DNA of 25,282 bases, taken from IMG/VR virus record IMGVR_UViG_3300044676_001485, positions 1 through 25,282 of that record, one strand, 5' to 3'. Origin of the DNA: a virus. Lineage: Duplodnaviria; Caudoviricetes. Under the pieces are notes generated by a model that did not search any database, had not been told where the DNA came from, and saw only the letters and a program-made list of their open reading frames with translations. The position numbers and the translations under genes are program-made. How positions within the stretch are numbered: the stretch's first letter is position 1; every line of letters begins with the position of its first letter. Below, in pieces: positions 17,901 through 25,259 of this stretch.

Positions 17901-20900
17901 AAAACCAAGTTTAATAATCTTAAACAATTTTCCAAAACTACCAAATGCTCTAAACAAGAAACCAAAAGGCTTAGCAACAGTTAGTTTAGTAAATATTTTA
18001 AGAATCCCAGCAAAAGGCTTTAACAGCTTTCCAAGAATAGGAAGATTTAGTAGTTTTCCAATTCCAGTCTTTAATAAAGTAAATGGCTTCATTAAGATTC
18101 CACCAAGAACAGAGAATTTGCCCTTGGCAAAACCGGGGAATTTTGCAACAGAGTCTTTAAGAGACTTAAACGCTTTTTTAGGAGCACCAAAAATAGCATC
18201 ATCAATACGACGAGCTCTGGATGGACCTTTAGGCGTGGACACACTCGGTTTCGGCGGACCAAGAGGAACAGGCGAAACTGCGCCTGGTGTCATTGTTTTA
18301 CTCACTGCTTCTTGAGCACTTAGTCTAAATGCAGCAGCCTTCTTTTGCTTAGCAACATTTTGTCCAACAATTGTTCTCCTTTGTTTTAGAAGATCATCAT
18401 ATTCTCTCTCCAGCTTTTCTCTTAATTGAATTCTTGAAGCAGCCGCAGCACCAGTAAGTTGCTTACCACTCTTTGATTTCAAAAGGTCATTAGGGTCAAT
18501 ACCTTTTTGAGCCAACGCAGCATTAACAAAGTCTTTCTTACGACCCAAAGGTGGACCGACTGCTGTTTGAGCCAGAGAGGCTGGACTTACCCCTTGCGCT
18601 CTCATCTGGCGGATCATTTCTGCTTGAACAGCCCCCCCTCGCACAGGATCAGGTCCAACAATGTGACCGAAAGGTGTCGCCGCAACGCTTCGACCACGGG
18701 CAACAGGTGACACAACCGAAGTTGCTGCGGCTCCAGTCATTGTTGCTTTAGTTTTTGCAGCACTAGATTGGAGTATTTGACCAGCAGCAGTAGCGCCTTG
18801 AATCATATCCTCTTTTACATTATTGCTTCCTTTTTCTAAGGTTTCTTTTGCAGATGTAGCACCAAGGTTAAGATCTCTAACGCCTTCTTCAAAAGCATCA
18901 GTAATAATCTTCTTTAAGGCCCGAGCGCCAGAAGCAGTCTCTGGTCCGAGGCTGTCCAGAACGTCAGCAGGGGCAGTGACCCCCTTCTTCAAAATTCCGG
19001 TCATTAAGCCGAAACGATTAGCAACACTCGCAACAATGCCATCGCCGCTAGCAAGAGTTGCTATATATCTAGAGAATTTACCGGCAGAAGTTACATAAGC
19101 ATCACCCTGCAAAGTAACCGCTCTCCTAAGATTCAACATCTTTGGAGCAGCAATAAGGGCCTCCGAACCCACCTTTGCTACTTGAGGTACAAACTTAAGC
19201 AACACACCACTAACAACACCAACCGCCAGTTTCATCTGACCCATAATGAACACTAAAGGACCAATCGAAGCAACAAATGCACCAATACCTATAATCAACT
19301 GCTTGTTGAAATTAGACATATTTTTAAACTTGTCTGCTAGGTCAATCATTACAGAAGAGAACTTTCTAATCGCTGGCTCAGCGGCAGAAATAATCTCTAC
19401 GGCAATATTCTTAAACCCAATCCTTGCACGGTCAAGTGCTTTTGAAGCAGAGTTTAGAGCAATATCCAACTCTTCTTGAGCAAGAGCAGCAGCGCTCTCA
19501 GCACCAAGAAGTTCAACAAACAAAGCCTTACCAGCCTGAGAAGAGATCTGGTCGATTAACTGTATCCCGTCCTCAGAATCTCTTTCAACATCAGAAATAT
19601 ACTCCCTCATGTGCTGCCTAGCCGCATTAGCCGCATCAATCTGAGCTTGCGTTACAGCACCAGTTATTCCAGTAATTTCATCACCGACCTGGGCATTTCC
19701 AACTCTAGCAACAAGAGTAAAACTTTCAACGTCTTTAATCGCTGGAAGCATTGCTCCTTGCATTTGAGTAGCCGCTTTAGTTGCCGAATTTAGTTCTCCC
19801 ACAAAAGCCCTGACACCGGCAGATCCTTTGTCGGTTGACTCAAATAGTTGATCTTGGAAAGAAACCAGACTGTCAATTGCGGTAAGCATTCTAGTTGCTT
19901 GACGCTTCTGGAACAATTTAGAGTAGAACTGGAGCACAGTTTCATCATCTGCCACATCACGAAGTTCCTTAGTGGCGTTGATCAAACCCTGGATTGATGC
20001 CATACCTGTACCGACAATATCATCAAAGGCATCGCCTAAAACACCAGAAGATTCGCTATAAACGCTAAGCAGCCTATCCATTTCTTTTTGAAGAACGCCT
20101 GTTGGTGTCACAAGTCTCTGCAATGAGACCTTCAAGCCGTTAGCGGCGGTGCTAACATCAATACCAGCGGCCTTCATTGGTGCCAGCAAAGCAGCCGTCT
20201 GAGTCATAGAGAGACCGAAGGCAATGGTTGCAGCGGAGGCTTCAGGGATAGCAATAGCCATGTCTCTGAACGCTAGAGCGGTGTTGTTTTCAATAGCGTT
20301 GAACAGGTACATCTGAGCGGTGACAGATGCCAATGCTTTTTCTTGCTTCTCAGCAGTCGATTCAAACTCACGACCCATAAGATCCATAGATCTCATAGTT
20401 CCTAGGAACATGGTTTGGATCAGACCCTGAGACTCACTAATATCCATTGTGCCGAGAACGGCAACTTGGTTTGTTAAATCGGTAAGACCAGTTAAAGCCG
20501 CCTCAGTAGAAATACCAAGTTCGGCAAAATCTGCTGTGACACCTACAATAAGATCTCTAGAGACGCCGAACTTATTGCTAAGGTCAAACATGACATCACC
20601 GAACTTTTCGTAACTCGGTATGACATCCCCAGCAATTTTCTTAAGCCTGATCATCTCACGATCAAAGGCTTGGAAAGCATCTAAACCTTTATTTGCAAAA
20701 GCAAGAATAGGTGTCGTTAAACCAATAATAAGGCTTCGCCCAACGAACTGAGCATCCTTACCCGCCTTCTTGATTTGCATAGAAAGCGATTTGAGGTCGT
20801 TAGTTAACGTCTTAGGGCGAGTTCTTTCCAACTCTTTTCTAACAGTCTTTAACTGCCTAGCATAATTCTTTACATCAGCAGCCGCTTTAGGCCCATACTG

Positions 20901-21200
20901 CCTATTAACGCCTCTAATGCTACCCCTAAGAGCCTTTAGGTTAGCCTGAAGTCTTTTTGACTCCTGACCCAGAACTCTCTGGTTGAGCCTAGCTTCTTTA
21001 AGAGTCTTAGCGTGCTCACCAACACCCTTGCTAGTAACACCAAAAGCCTTACTCAGCGCACGCTGGCGGGCATCTACACCGCGAATATTGCGACCAAGTT
21101 CGCTGTTACTGGCAACTAGGCTTCTAAGCGAAGCAGATAAAATTTCTATCTGCTCTTTGCCGTTTACAGATACATTAAGAACAATATCTTCAGAAGCCAT
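14901..21200 (-). CDS. Tape measure protein (2099 aa)
   Basis: Longest ORF and follows the chaperone pair. Ala-rich helical core (GRSLIIGLTTPILA...FDREM), hydrophobic central segments, coiled coil, C-terminal GGYVPG...PAMLHGGEYVL motif. Confidence 0.95.
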   Translation of the reverse strand: MASEDIVLNVSVNGKEQIEILSASLRSLVASNSELGRNIRGVDARQRALSKAFGVTSKGVGEHAKTLKEARLNQRVLGQESKRLQANLKALRGSIRGVNRQYGPKAAADVKNYARQLKTVRKELERTRPKTLTNDLKSLSMQIKKAGKDAQFVGRSLIIGLTTPILAFANKGLDAFQAFDREMIRLKKIAGDVIPSYEKFGDVMFDLSNKFGVSRDLIVGVTADFAELGISTEAALTGLTDLTNQVAVLGTMDISESQGLIQTMFLGTMRSMDLMGREFESTAEKQEKALASVTAQMYLFNAIENNTALAFRDMAIAIPEASAATIAFGLSMTQTAALLAPMKAAGIDVSTAANGLKVSLQRLVTPTGVLQKEMDRLLSVYSESSGVLGDAFDDIVGTGMASIQGLINATKELRDVADDETVLQFYSKLFQKRQATRMLTAIDSLVSFQDQLFESTDKGSAGVRAFVGELNSATKAATQMQGAMLPAIKDVESFTLVARVGNAQVGDEITGITGAVTQAQIDAANAARQHMREYISDVERDSEDGIQLIDQISSQAGKALFVELLGAESAAALAQEELDIALNSASKALDRARIGFKNIAVEIISAAEPAIRKFSSVMIDLADKFKNMSNFNKQLIIGIGAFVASIGPLVFIMGQMKLAVGVVSGVLLKFVPQVAKVGSEALIAAPKMLNLRRAVTLQGDAYVTSAGKFSRYIATLASGDGIVASVANRFGLMTGILKKGVTAPADVLDSLGPETASGARALKKIITDAFEEGVRDLNLGATSAKETLEKGSNNVKEDMIQGATAAGQILQSSAAKTKATMTGAAATSVVSPVARGRSVAATPFGHIVGPDPVRGGAVQAEMIRQMRAQGVSPASLAQTAVGPPLGRKKDFVNAALAQKGIDPNDLLKSKSGKQLTGAAAASRIQLREKLEREYDDLLKQRRTIVGQNVAKQKKAAAFRLSAQEAVSKTMTPGAVSPVPLGPPKPSVSTPKGPSRARRIDDAIFGAPKKAFKSLKDSVAKFPGFAKGKFSVLGGILMKPFTLLKTGIGKLLNLPILGKLLKPFAGILKIFTKLTVAKPFGFLFRAFGSFGKLFKIIKLGFGIFTGGVLIGALVALGPYIKAIIDNFSLFKEKIEPAIGSIQYAFASLKGILAAIISPFKDLFHFIGGTSSSADKVDQVASVFNKVARFVAIASRHVKDFVEKYIAPFLRKAMGSVLTLVNGFKGIVKAAIDMKNGVAGAGDRMKEALKKVGRGIVEFFMGTIAPALVNIFASLVKVAFKLLLKLVEYTPTILGHLVALFLEFLPTALRIFKFLIIGIGKLFANLPGFVGKVLNKITTMFTDWVKDKVEDLGIIGSIIGFTMSGLDKLGDGIQFVGETITSGLMMGVNALDAGLGELIGIISTIDTSKIRDFGENLSATIGEKLKGAPEQFDKFVDDIKDVVMDKLKDFEPTPIARRMGDSITEEVAETIDPDEMFEPTIETSNNAGEEAGENFAEKFAEALKDLRQKFVDLVGDFLKSEISDVTSELTDALESQRDAALKVFEDQIETIDKLGKAEESLMKQREFIANRKKILDERELNRQNYVRNRALAIYEGRIDDARMLDLEEQKSSRESAQSLEEINAERNKELRKENLEFLKDQIKEARKEADDFFKEQIKAFKDASKEITKFAPQTINDYEEQLDELKKEATKFSDENAKEFEKTFSKMRDKIRRGMPNKVVGVFEDNLDDLVDEAKKRYGLNENPDSVVGATISMLTMVGDKIGSNTTINTNWVSVLDGIKGEILDVGAGSIVDVIANHGPQAVLAEAIMFAEETILHGWRGTIDHILSEVDDLGNMMDPMIASILESQLAYEALRDAASAAADAQRDAAVAGGGSAAGTGGGSTPVQIKTPAQVAEEAARLYAIEAAKTPSIAGYLTKAKVERLERATSSHLGTGTLGYTTNRRAQVAIPQQTVRTTSQSMIQNAIAASLASKASVRGIYQPIARAYGGYVPGFKSSGIPAMLHGGEYVLSAKAVQNMGRAALDVMNNTRFSTPGGMSGQGAVSTINKTENINIYVDNFIGEERWFETMMDSYNVKVKPIKEKSRGEEVRVFNSYNYRTGR

Positions 21201-21214
21201 AGTTCACCACAGTA

Positions 21215-21243
21215 ATTATCCCATTTTACCTTAAATAAAGCAA
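21215..21243 (-). promoter_or_regulatory. Candidate promoter upstream of the tape measure
   Basis: TTGCTT (21243-21238), 17-nt spacer ending TGG, then GATAAT. An overlapping TAAAAT is an alternative -10. Confidence 0.45.
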
Positions 21244-21246
21244 TAA

Positions 21247-21588
21247 CTACACGGCTTCATAACCCAAACCGATGGGCATAAATCTCATGTCATTAGCCTC
21301 CAAAACCTCAGGCCCCTGGTCAGGGTCACGCGAATACCAGTCATCTTCCCAATCCACCTCGGCACCTTGAGAAGCCGCCATCGCTTTAAGATTCATAGAG
21401 AAATCGGCATTAGCGGCTCGGTACAACAAGAAAAGCTCATCTATAGTGAGACTGTCTTCAATATCAAATATTGATTTCCAAGCACCACACTTGACGAGCA
21501 ATTCTGATTCATATTTTAGGAGAGGGATATCCTCCCAAGATAGACCATCATTAGAAGATGAGCTATCCCCCTCCGGGTTCAGGAAGGG
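21247..21588 (-). CDS. Tail assembly chaperone, frameshifted C-terminal extension (gpT-like)
   Basis: Lies in the -1 frame overlapping the end of the upstream chaperone, has no credible start/RBS of its own, and sits directly before the tape measure. Confidence 0.8.
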   Translation of the reverse strand, partial: PFLNPEGDSSSSNDGLSWEDIPLLKYESELLVKCGAWKSIFDIEDSLTIDELFLLYRAANADFSMNLKAMAASQGAEVDWEDDWYSRDPDQGPEVLEANDMRFMPIGLGYEAV

Positions 21589-21881
21589 TCGCCACCCATA
21601 GCAGCATTCATAAGTTCGCCAAAGCAACGAAGATCAAGAATATCCTCAAGCCCCTCAGCATCCTCTGCGAGTTCTGGATCTACCTTGGCGAGAGCAATAC
21701 CTGCCGCCTCAACCATCTTGTCAATGTCCTCATCGGTCATATCGCCCTCAGTTGTGTTCAACTGGCTAGCAACCTTCATGAACCGACGAAGTTGACGAAT
21801 AGTCAAAGGCTTAATCGTTCTAGTGACTCCATCAGCAAAAACGATATCTTGCCCCTTATGCAAATCTTTATTCTGTGCCAT
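21579..21881 (-). CDS. Tail assembly chaperone (gpG-like, 100 aa)
   Basis: Between major tail and tape measure. ATG at 21881 with AAGGAG RBS. Contains IKPLTIRQLRRFM and ends GGDPS. Confidence 0.85.
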   Translation of the reverse strand: MAQNKDLHKGQDIVFADGVTRTIKPLTIRQLRRFMKVASQLNTTEGDMTDEDIDKMVEAAGIALAKVDPELAEDAEGLEDILDLRCFGELMNAAMGGDPS

Positions 21882-21906
21882 TTTTCTCCTTAAATGTCCT
21901 AATAAG

Positions 21907-21954
21907 AGGAAAACCCTCCGAATATGCATTATAGCATACCGGAGGGTAATTCCT
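21907..21954 (-). terminator. Long inverted repeat after the major tail gene, with an extended -10 inside it
   Basis: ACCCTCCG/CGGAGGGT (21913-21920, 21940-21947), inner TATGC/GCATA, loop TATAAT, followed by a short T-rich tract. Confidence 0.65.
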
Positions 21955-21975
21955 GTGAACTACGATTGTTTTTTA

Positions 21976-22569
21976 TCAGGCAGTAGCGTCGATGATCTTG
22001 CCATACTCATAGCTGGTGTCAGCAGAGACAGGCAGGATTCGGAACGAAACAGCAAAGGTGGTAGCCTCTGCACGCTTCATCGCAATGCTTGAAGACTCAA
22101 ACGAAATTGCACGCTTAGTGTTGAACTTACGAGTACGAGTGGTTGCAGCATTCGAACCCGGAGCGTTACCAACGATCTGGACGGCCTTCTCATATGGGTA
22201 TACGTTCTGTACACCGAACATGAAGGTCTTGGTGTTAGCGCCATCGTTATTTACGAGAACGTCAGCACCATCGTCATCCTGATCGTAGGACCAAGCGACT
22301 GCAAGGTTGTTGAGGGTAGCCTCGGCAAGAGTGGTCTTAAGCATGACCTTAACTCTTGACTGAATTACTTTAGCAGCGTCACCATACTGATCAACTTCGA
22401 TGTCAACCATGTCTGGCTCCCAAGAAATCTCAACGCCTTCCTGAGTTGCACCTACCGAAGTAAGCGAATCAAAGTCCGAATTGGTCATGCTGGTGTTTGA
22501 CCCACCAACCTTGACCTCGGCCTCGCCCACTACGATGTTTGCGGTATTTACTGAGCTTGAACCCGGCAT
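21976..22569 (-). CDS. Major tail (tube) protein
   Basis: NIVVG.A...VGATQEGVEISWEPD..DIEVDQ....K...TTLAEATL.NL is a typical tail tube pattern. GGAGG RBS, upstream of the chaperones. Confidence 0.9.
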   Translation of the reverse strand: MPGSSSVNTANIVVGEAEVKVGGSNTSMTNSDFDSLTSVGATQEGVEISWEPDMVDIEVDQYGDAAKVIQSRVKVMLKTTLAEATLNNLAVAWSYDQDDDGADVLVNNDGANTKTFMFGVQNVYPYEKAVQIVGNAPGSNAATTRTRKFNTKRAISFESSSIAMKRAEATTFAVSFRILPVSADTSYEYGKIIDATA

Positions 22570-22581
22570 TTTTTAATCCTC

Positions 22582-22779
22582 CTATTCAAGAACAAAAATT
22601 CTTTTGCCCTTTCTATCACGCCATTTAGCGATCTTTTTTACGTGCTCTGGTCGCACCTCTCCTGGCTTATTTCCAATACCTAAACCCTTTTGCCATTCAA
22701 ATTCGTAAACGATCTTCCCGACTCTTGCGAAGAAACCGCCACCAGATTTGCCTACGTATGTAATTGTAGTATACTTCAT
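22582..22779 (-). CDS. Hypothetical basic protein (65 aa)
   Basis: Fills the gap between the tail terminator and major tail genes. Confidence 0.7.
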   Translation of the reverse strand: MKYTTITYVGKSGGGFFARVGKIVYEFEWQKGLGIGNKPGEVRPEHVKKIAKWRDRKGKRIFVLE

Positions 22780-22787
22780 ATTTGTTT

Positions 22788-22796
22788 ATAATACCA
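22788..22796 (-). promoter_or_regulatory. Extended -10 promoter, near-leaderless
   Basis: TGGTATTAT ends 8 nt before the ATG at 22779, with no SD sequence. Confidence 0.55.
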
Positions 22797-22798
22797 TA

Positions 22799-23224
22799 TC
22801 ATTTGACCGCATAGTAGATTCTAAAATCGAGATTCATGGTAAACCAGCCATCTCGCTCAATAGCCTCTCCAACGGTGCTGCCCTCAAAGAAGGTTGAGAA
22901 AAGACGAACATCTGTACCTTCCTTTCCACCACTATCTGAGATAGCATCACCTTTAGACAAGAGTTCAATTATTCTCTCACCAATCCTAAGCAGTCTATCA
23001 ATATCAGTATCATAAACTGTATACGAAGCAATATCGTATCTATTCCACCAAGTCTCAACATTTGGAATTTGATGGCTTACAAAATAAACAACAAAAGGAG
23101 CAGTCTCTGTCCCGCTACCAATTATTGGGAAAAAACTCATAGTTTTACCCGCAATTGTCTGAAGGGAACTATCTGCTCTTAAAAAAGCATTTATGTCATA
23201 AACAGCAAGTGTTGAAACTGGCAT
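22799..23224 (-). CDS. Tail terminator / tail completion protein
   Basis: 141 aa with L.AD..L...APFVVY pattern, in the last neck-gene position before major tail. Confidence 0.7.
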   Translation of the reverse strand: MPVSTLAVYDINAFLRADSSLQTIAGKTMSFFPIIGSGTETAPFVVYFVSHQIPNVETWWNRYDIASYTVYDTDIDRLLRIGERIIELLSKGDAISDSGGKEGTDVRLFSTFFEGSTVGEAIERDGWFTMNLDFRIYYAVK

Positions 23225-23227
23225 ATC

Positions 23228-23866
23228 TTATCCTTTAATTATCCTCAATGATGCTGATGCGGTAATGTCAGAACTGATGCCTGCCGAACCACCTCTTGCA
23301 CCAAAGCCCTCTTTCTTTAAAGCCTTAGCAAGATTATCATTAAATAACTTAACAGGTCTCCTTTTAATTAGTGCTTCAAAAGTAAGATTTTTAGGCTTTC
23401 TTTTCATTGTAAAACCATATGCAGCATTGTTCAAGCCGCCATCCCAAGACCTTAAATCATACGGCCTCTTACCGCCCTTTCTTCTAGCAACATATCTTCT
23501 TCTACCAGTCATTTTGATGTTAGCATCAAATCTAGCTCTCATCAATGGATCAAAATTCTTACTTGATCTTGGATGACCTGTAGCATATAAAACTTCCACG
23601 CTAAACCTAATCCCGCCCCTAGCCATAGGCTTATACAGAATCTGAACTACGTCCTCATGGCCTAGTTCTATATTGTTGAACCTAGTTGACAATTCTTTTC
23701 TCAACTCTTTTTCAGTCATTACAGCAGCAGTACCCATTGCTCTCTGAATCCTATTTGGATACTGCTCTAAAGACTTTGCCATGTTCTGCAAAGCAAGAAC
23801 GCTGTTCTTATTAAATCCCATGTCGAAAGTCTTTCGACTAGGCCAGGGCATAGAGCTGATGTCCAT
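23228..23866 (-). CDS. Neck/tail-completion protein (HK97 gp10-like position), very basic
   Basis: Position between head closure and tail terminator. Lys/Arg-rich, TGATG coupling. Confidence 0.5.
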   Translation of the reverse strand: MDISSMPWPSRKTFDMGFNKNSVLALQNMAKSLEQYPNRIQRAMGTAAVMTEKELRKELSTRFNNIELGHEDVVQILYKPMARGGIRFSVEVLYATGHPRSSKNFDPLMRARFDANIKMTGRRRYVARRKGGKRPYDLRSWDGGLNNAAYGFTMKRKPKNLTFEALIKRRPVKLFNDNLAKALKKEGFGARGGSAGISSDITASASLRIIKG

Positions 23867-24246
23867 CAGCTTCCAATCTCCACAGCAAGCCTGATTCTGA
23901 CTAGAATGTGGGACAATTTTCCACTATAGCCTGCTCTTCTAAGTATTTCTACAACCTCAAACGGCCCCGCAGCAAGGACATTGTTATATCTATCTTTTAT
24001 ATTCTGAACTCTGTATCCGTAATCAAAGTAACTTGCGTAACTATGAGGGACCAGTATTTCATACTCCTCAACGTTTTCAGTGTAAGGAGTAACTCTTCTT
24101 TCTGAAGCCACTGGTTGCCACGAACACGGCAATCCCGACTGACCCAGAGTCCAAGAAGCAATCTTTTGACCAGAGTTGTTTGTCGTTACGGTTCGTGTGT
24201 AAATATCGGCCTTATGCCTGAACCTGAGAAAAGTTTGATAAGCCAT
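23866..24246 (-). CDS. Head closure / head-tail stopper (SPP1 gp16-like)
   Basis: 126 aa with H.ADIY......N.SGQ....W......C..QP pattern, in the expected gene order. Confidence 0.7.
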   Translation of the reverse strand: MAYQTFLRFRHKADIYTRTVTTNNSGQKIASWTLGQSGLPCSWQPVASERRVTPYTENVEEYEILVPHSYASYFDYGYRVQNIKDRYNNVLAAGPFEVVEILRRAGYSGKLSHILVRIRLAVEIGS

Positions 24247-25169
24247 CAGGTAACATAGTCCATCACAAACAACGTATAATCAGTCAGAAGAACATCTGCC
24301 TCAATATTCCCAGTTGATTCATAGAAACTGGGCTTCATTGTAAATCTGATAGTGTCCATATCAACACTTGTAATTCCATGACGGCGGTACTCGGAGTCGT
24401 CATTCATGAGGTCAGCAATAATTAGATCAGCCGCCTGCTTAATATTATTTGGAACATATCTCCAACCAAAATCCCCCTCGATCTTGTAGTCAGAATGCTC
24501 TTTGAAAGTCTTACCAAGAATCCTGCTTGTATTGGTTTGAACAATATTTGCTTTAAATCGAATATAGTAAGAAGACTCAAAATGAAATGGCTGGCGAACT
24601 TTCTCAATATTATTAAGAGACGAATTCGTAGAATCGTGAATTACTTCCGAGTCAGAATCACCAGAGTTCATCGTAACTTTAGTCAAACTAGCAATAGGAA
24701 GTGGGAGATGAATGTTCTTATGATTGGTGCCATCTAAAGTAAATGACTTCTCTGGGTAGTAATCAAATGACTGACCGCAGTAAGTGTTAATAATATTTCT
24801 GGCCCTCTTCTCAATAGAGTCAAACTGAGTTTCAAAAGAAGACAACTCTGGGTGGTTCTCTAGAAAACTAGACCAAGTAGTGTAAGGTGTGTAGACATTA
24901 ATGTACTGAGACTGAACGTATTCTGTCCCCGAAATAGAATAGGTAAAGTCCGCCCTGTGCTTACCGGCAGAATTCAAAGCATAAATGCCAGAAGCAGCTT
25001 GACCGTAAGTTATTGTGTAGACACCTTCCGAAGATCTTGTTGCGTTTGTAGCGGCCTGAACCACATCACCAAATTCGTGGGTTAAAACCACAGATACAGC
25101 ATTGCTGTCTGCATCTGACGGCAGCGTCAGCGTAAGTGTTTTTGCTGTATCAATTTTTACATCATCCAT
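24246..25169 (-). CDS. Head-tail adaptor (SPP1 gp15/HK97 gp6-like) with an extra N-terminal beta domain
   Basis: AR.IINTYCGQSF...G.FGW.YVP.NIKQAA...TGN.EAD.LL.DY pattern. GGAG RBS. Confidence 0.75.
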   Translation of the reverse strand: MDDVKIDTAKTLTLTLPSDADSNAVSVVLTHEFGDVVQAATNATRSSEGVYTITYGQAASGIYALNSAGKHRADFTYSISGTEYVQSQYINVYTPYTTWSSFLENHPELSSFETQFDSIEKRARNIINTYCGQSFDYYPEKSFTLDGTNHKNIHLPLPIASLTKVTMNSGDSDSEVIHDSTNSSLNNIEKVRQPFHFESSYYIRFKANIVQTNTSRILGKTFKEHSDYKIEGDFGWRYVPNNIKQAADLIIADLMNDDSEYRRHGITSVDMDTIRFTMKPSFYESTGNIEADVLLTDYTLFVMDYVT

Positions 25170-25181
25170 TTAATTCTCCAT

Positions 25182-25259
25182 TCAGCAGTCGCAATCGTCA
25201 CAACCACAATCACAATGCTGCGAACATTCGCAACCGCAACTGCAAGACTTATTTCTCAT
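25182..25259 (-). CDS. 25-aa Cys-rich metallothionein-like peptide (not in the ORF track)
   Basis: MRNKSCSCGCECSQHCDCGCDDCDC has 9 Cys and 1 His. AAGGAG RBS at 25264-25269. Its stop is 12 nt before the next ATG. Confidence 0.75.
   Translation of the reverse strand: MRNKSCSCGCECSQHCDCGCDDCDC

Noticed and set aside
21882-21929. ORF-track N-terminal extension of the tail chaperone (MHIRRVFLLL...)
   Set aside because: It runs through the hairpin/promoter, and the AAGGAG RBS supports the ATG at 21881.
388-24607. Alternate-frame minus-strand ORFs nested in genes (388-675, 3794-4099, 4801-5034, 16688-17047, etc.)
   Set aside because: Fully inside longer motif-bearing genes, with no protein-like features recognised.
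227-24737. Plus-strand ORFs in the track (e.g. 2137-2643, 13866-14279, 17890-18315)
   Set aside because: All lie antisense to well-supported, tightly tiled minus-strand genes and show no recognisable motifs. They are shadow ORFs.
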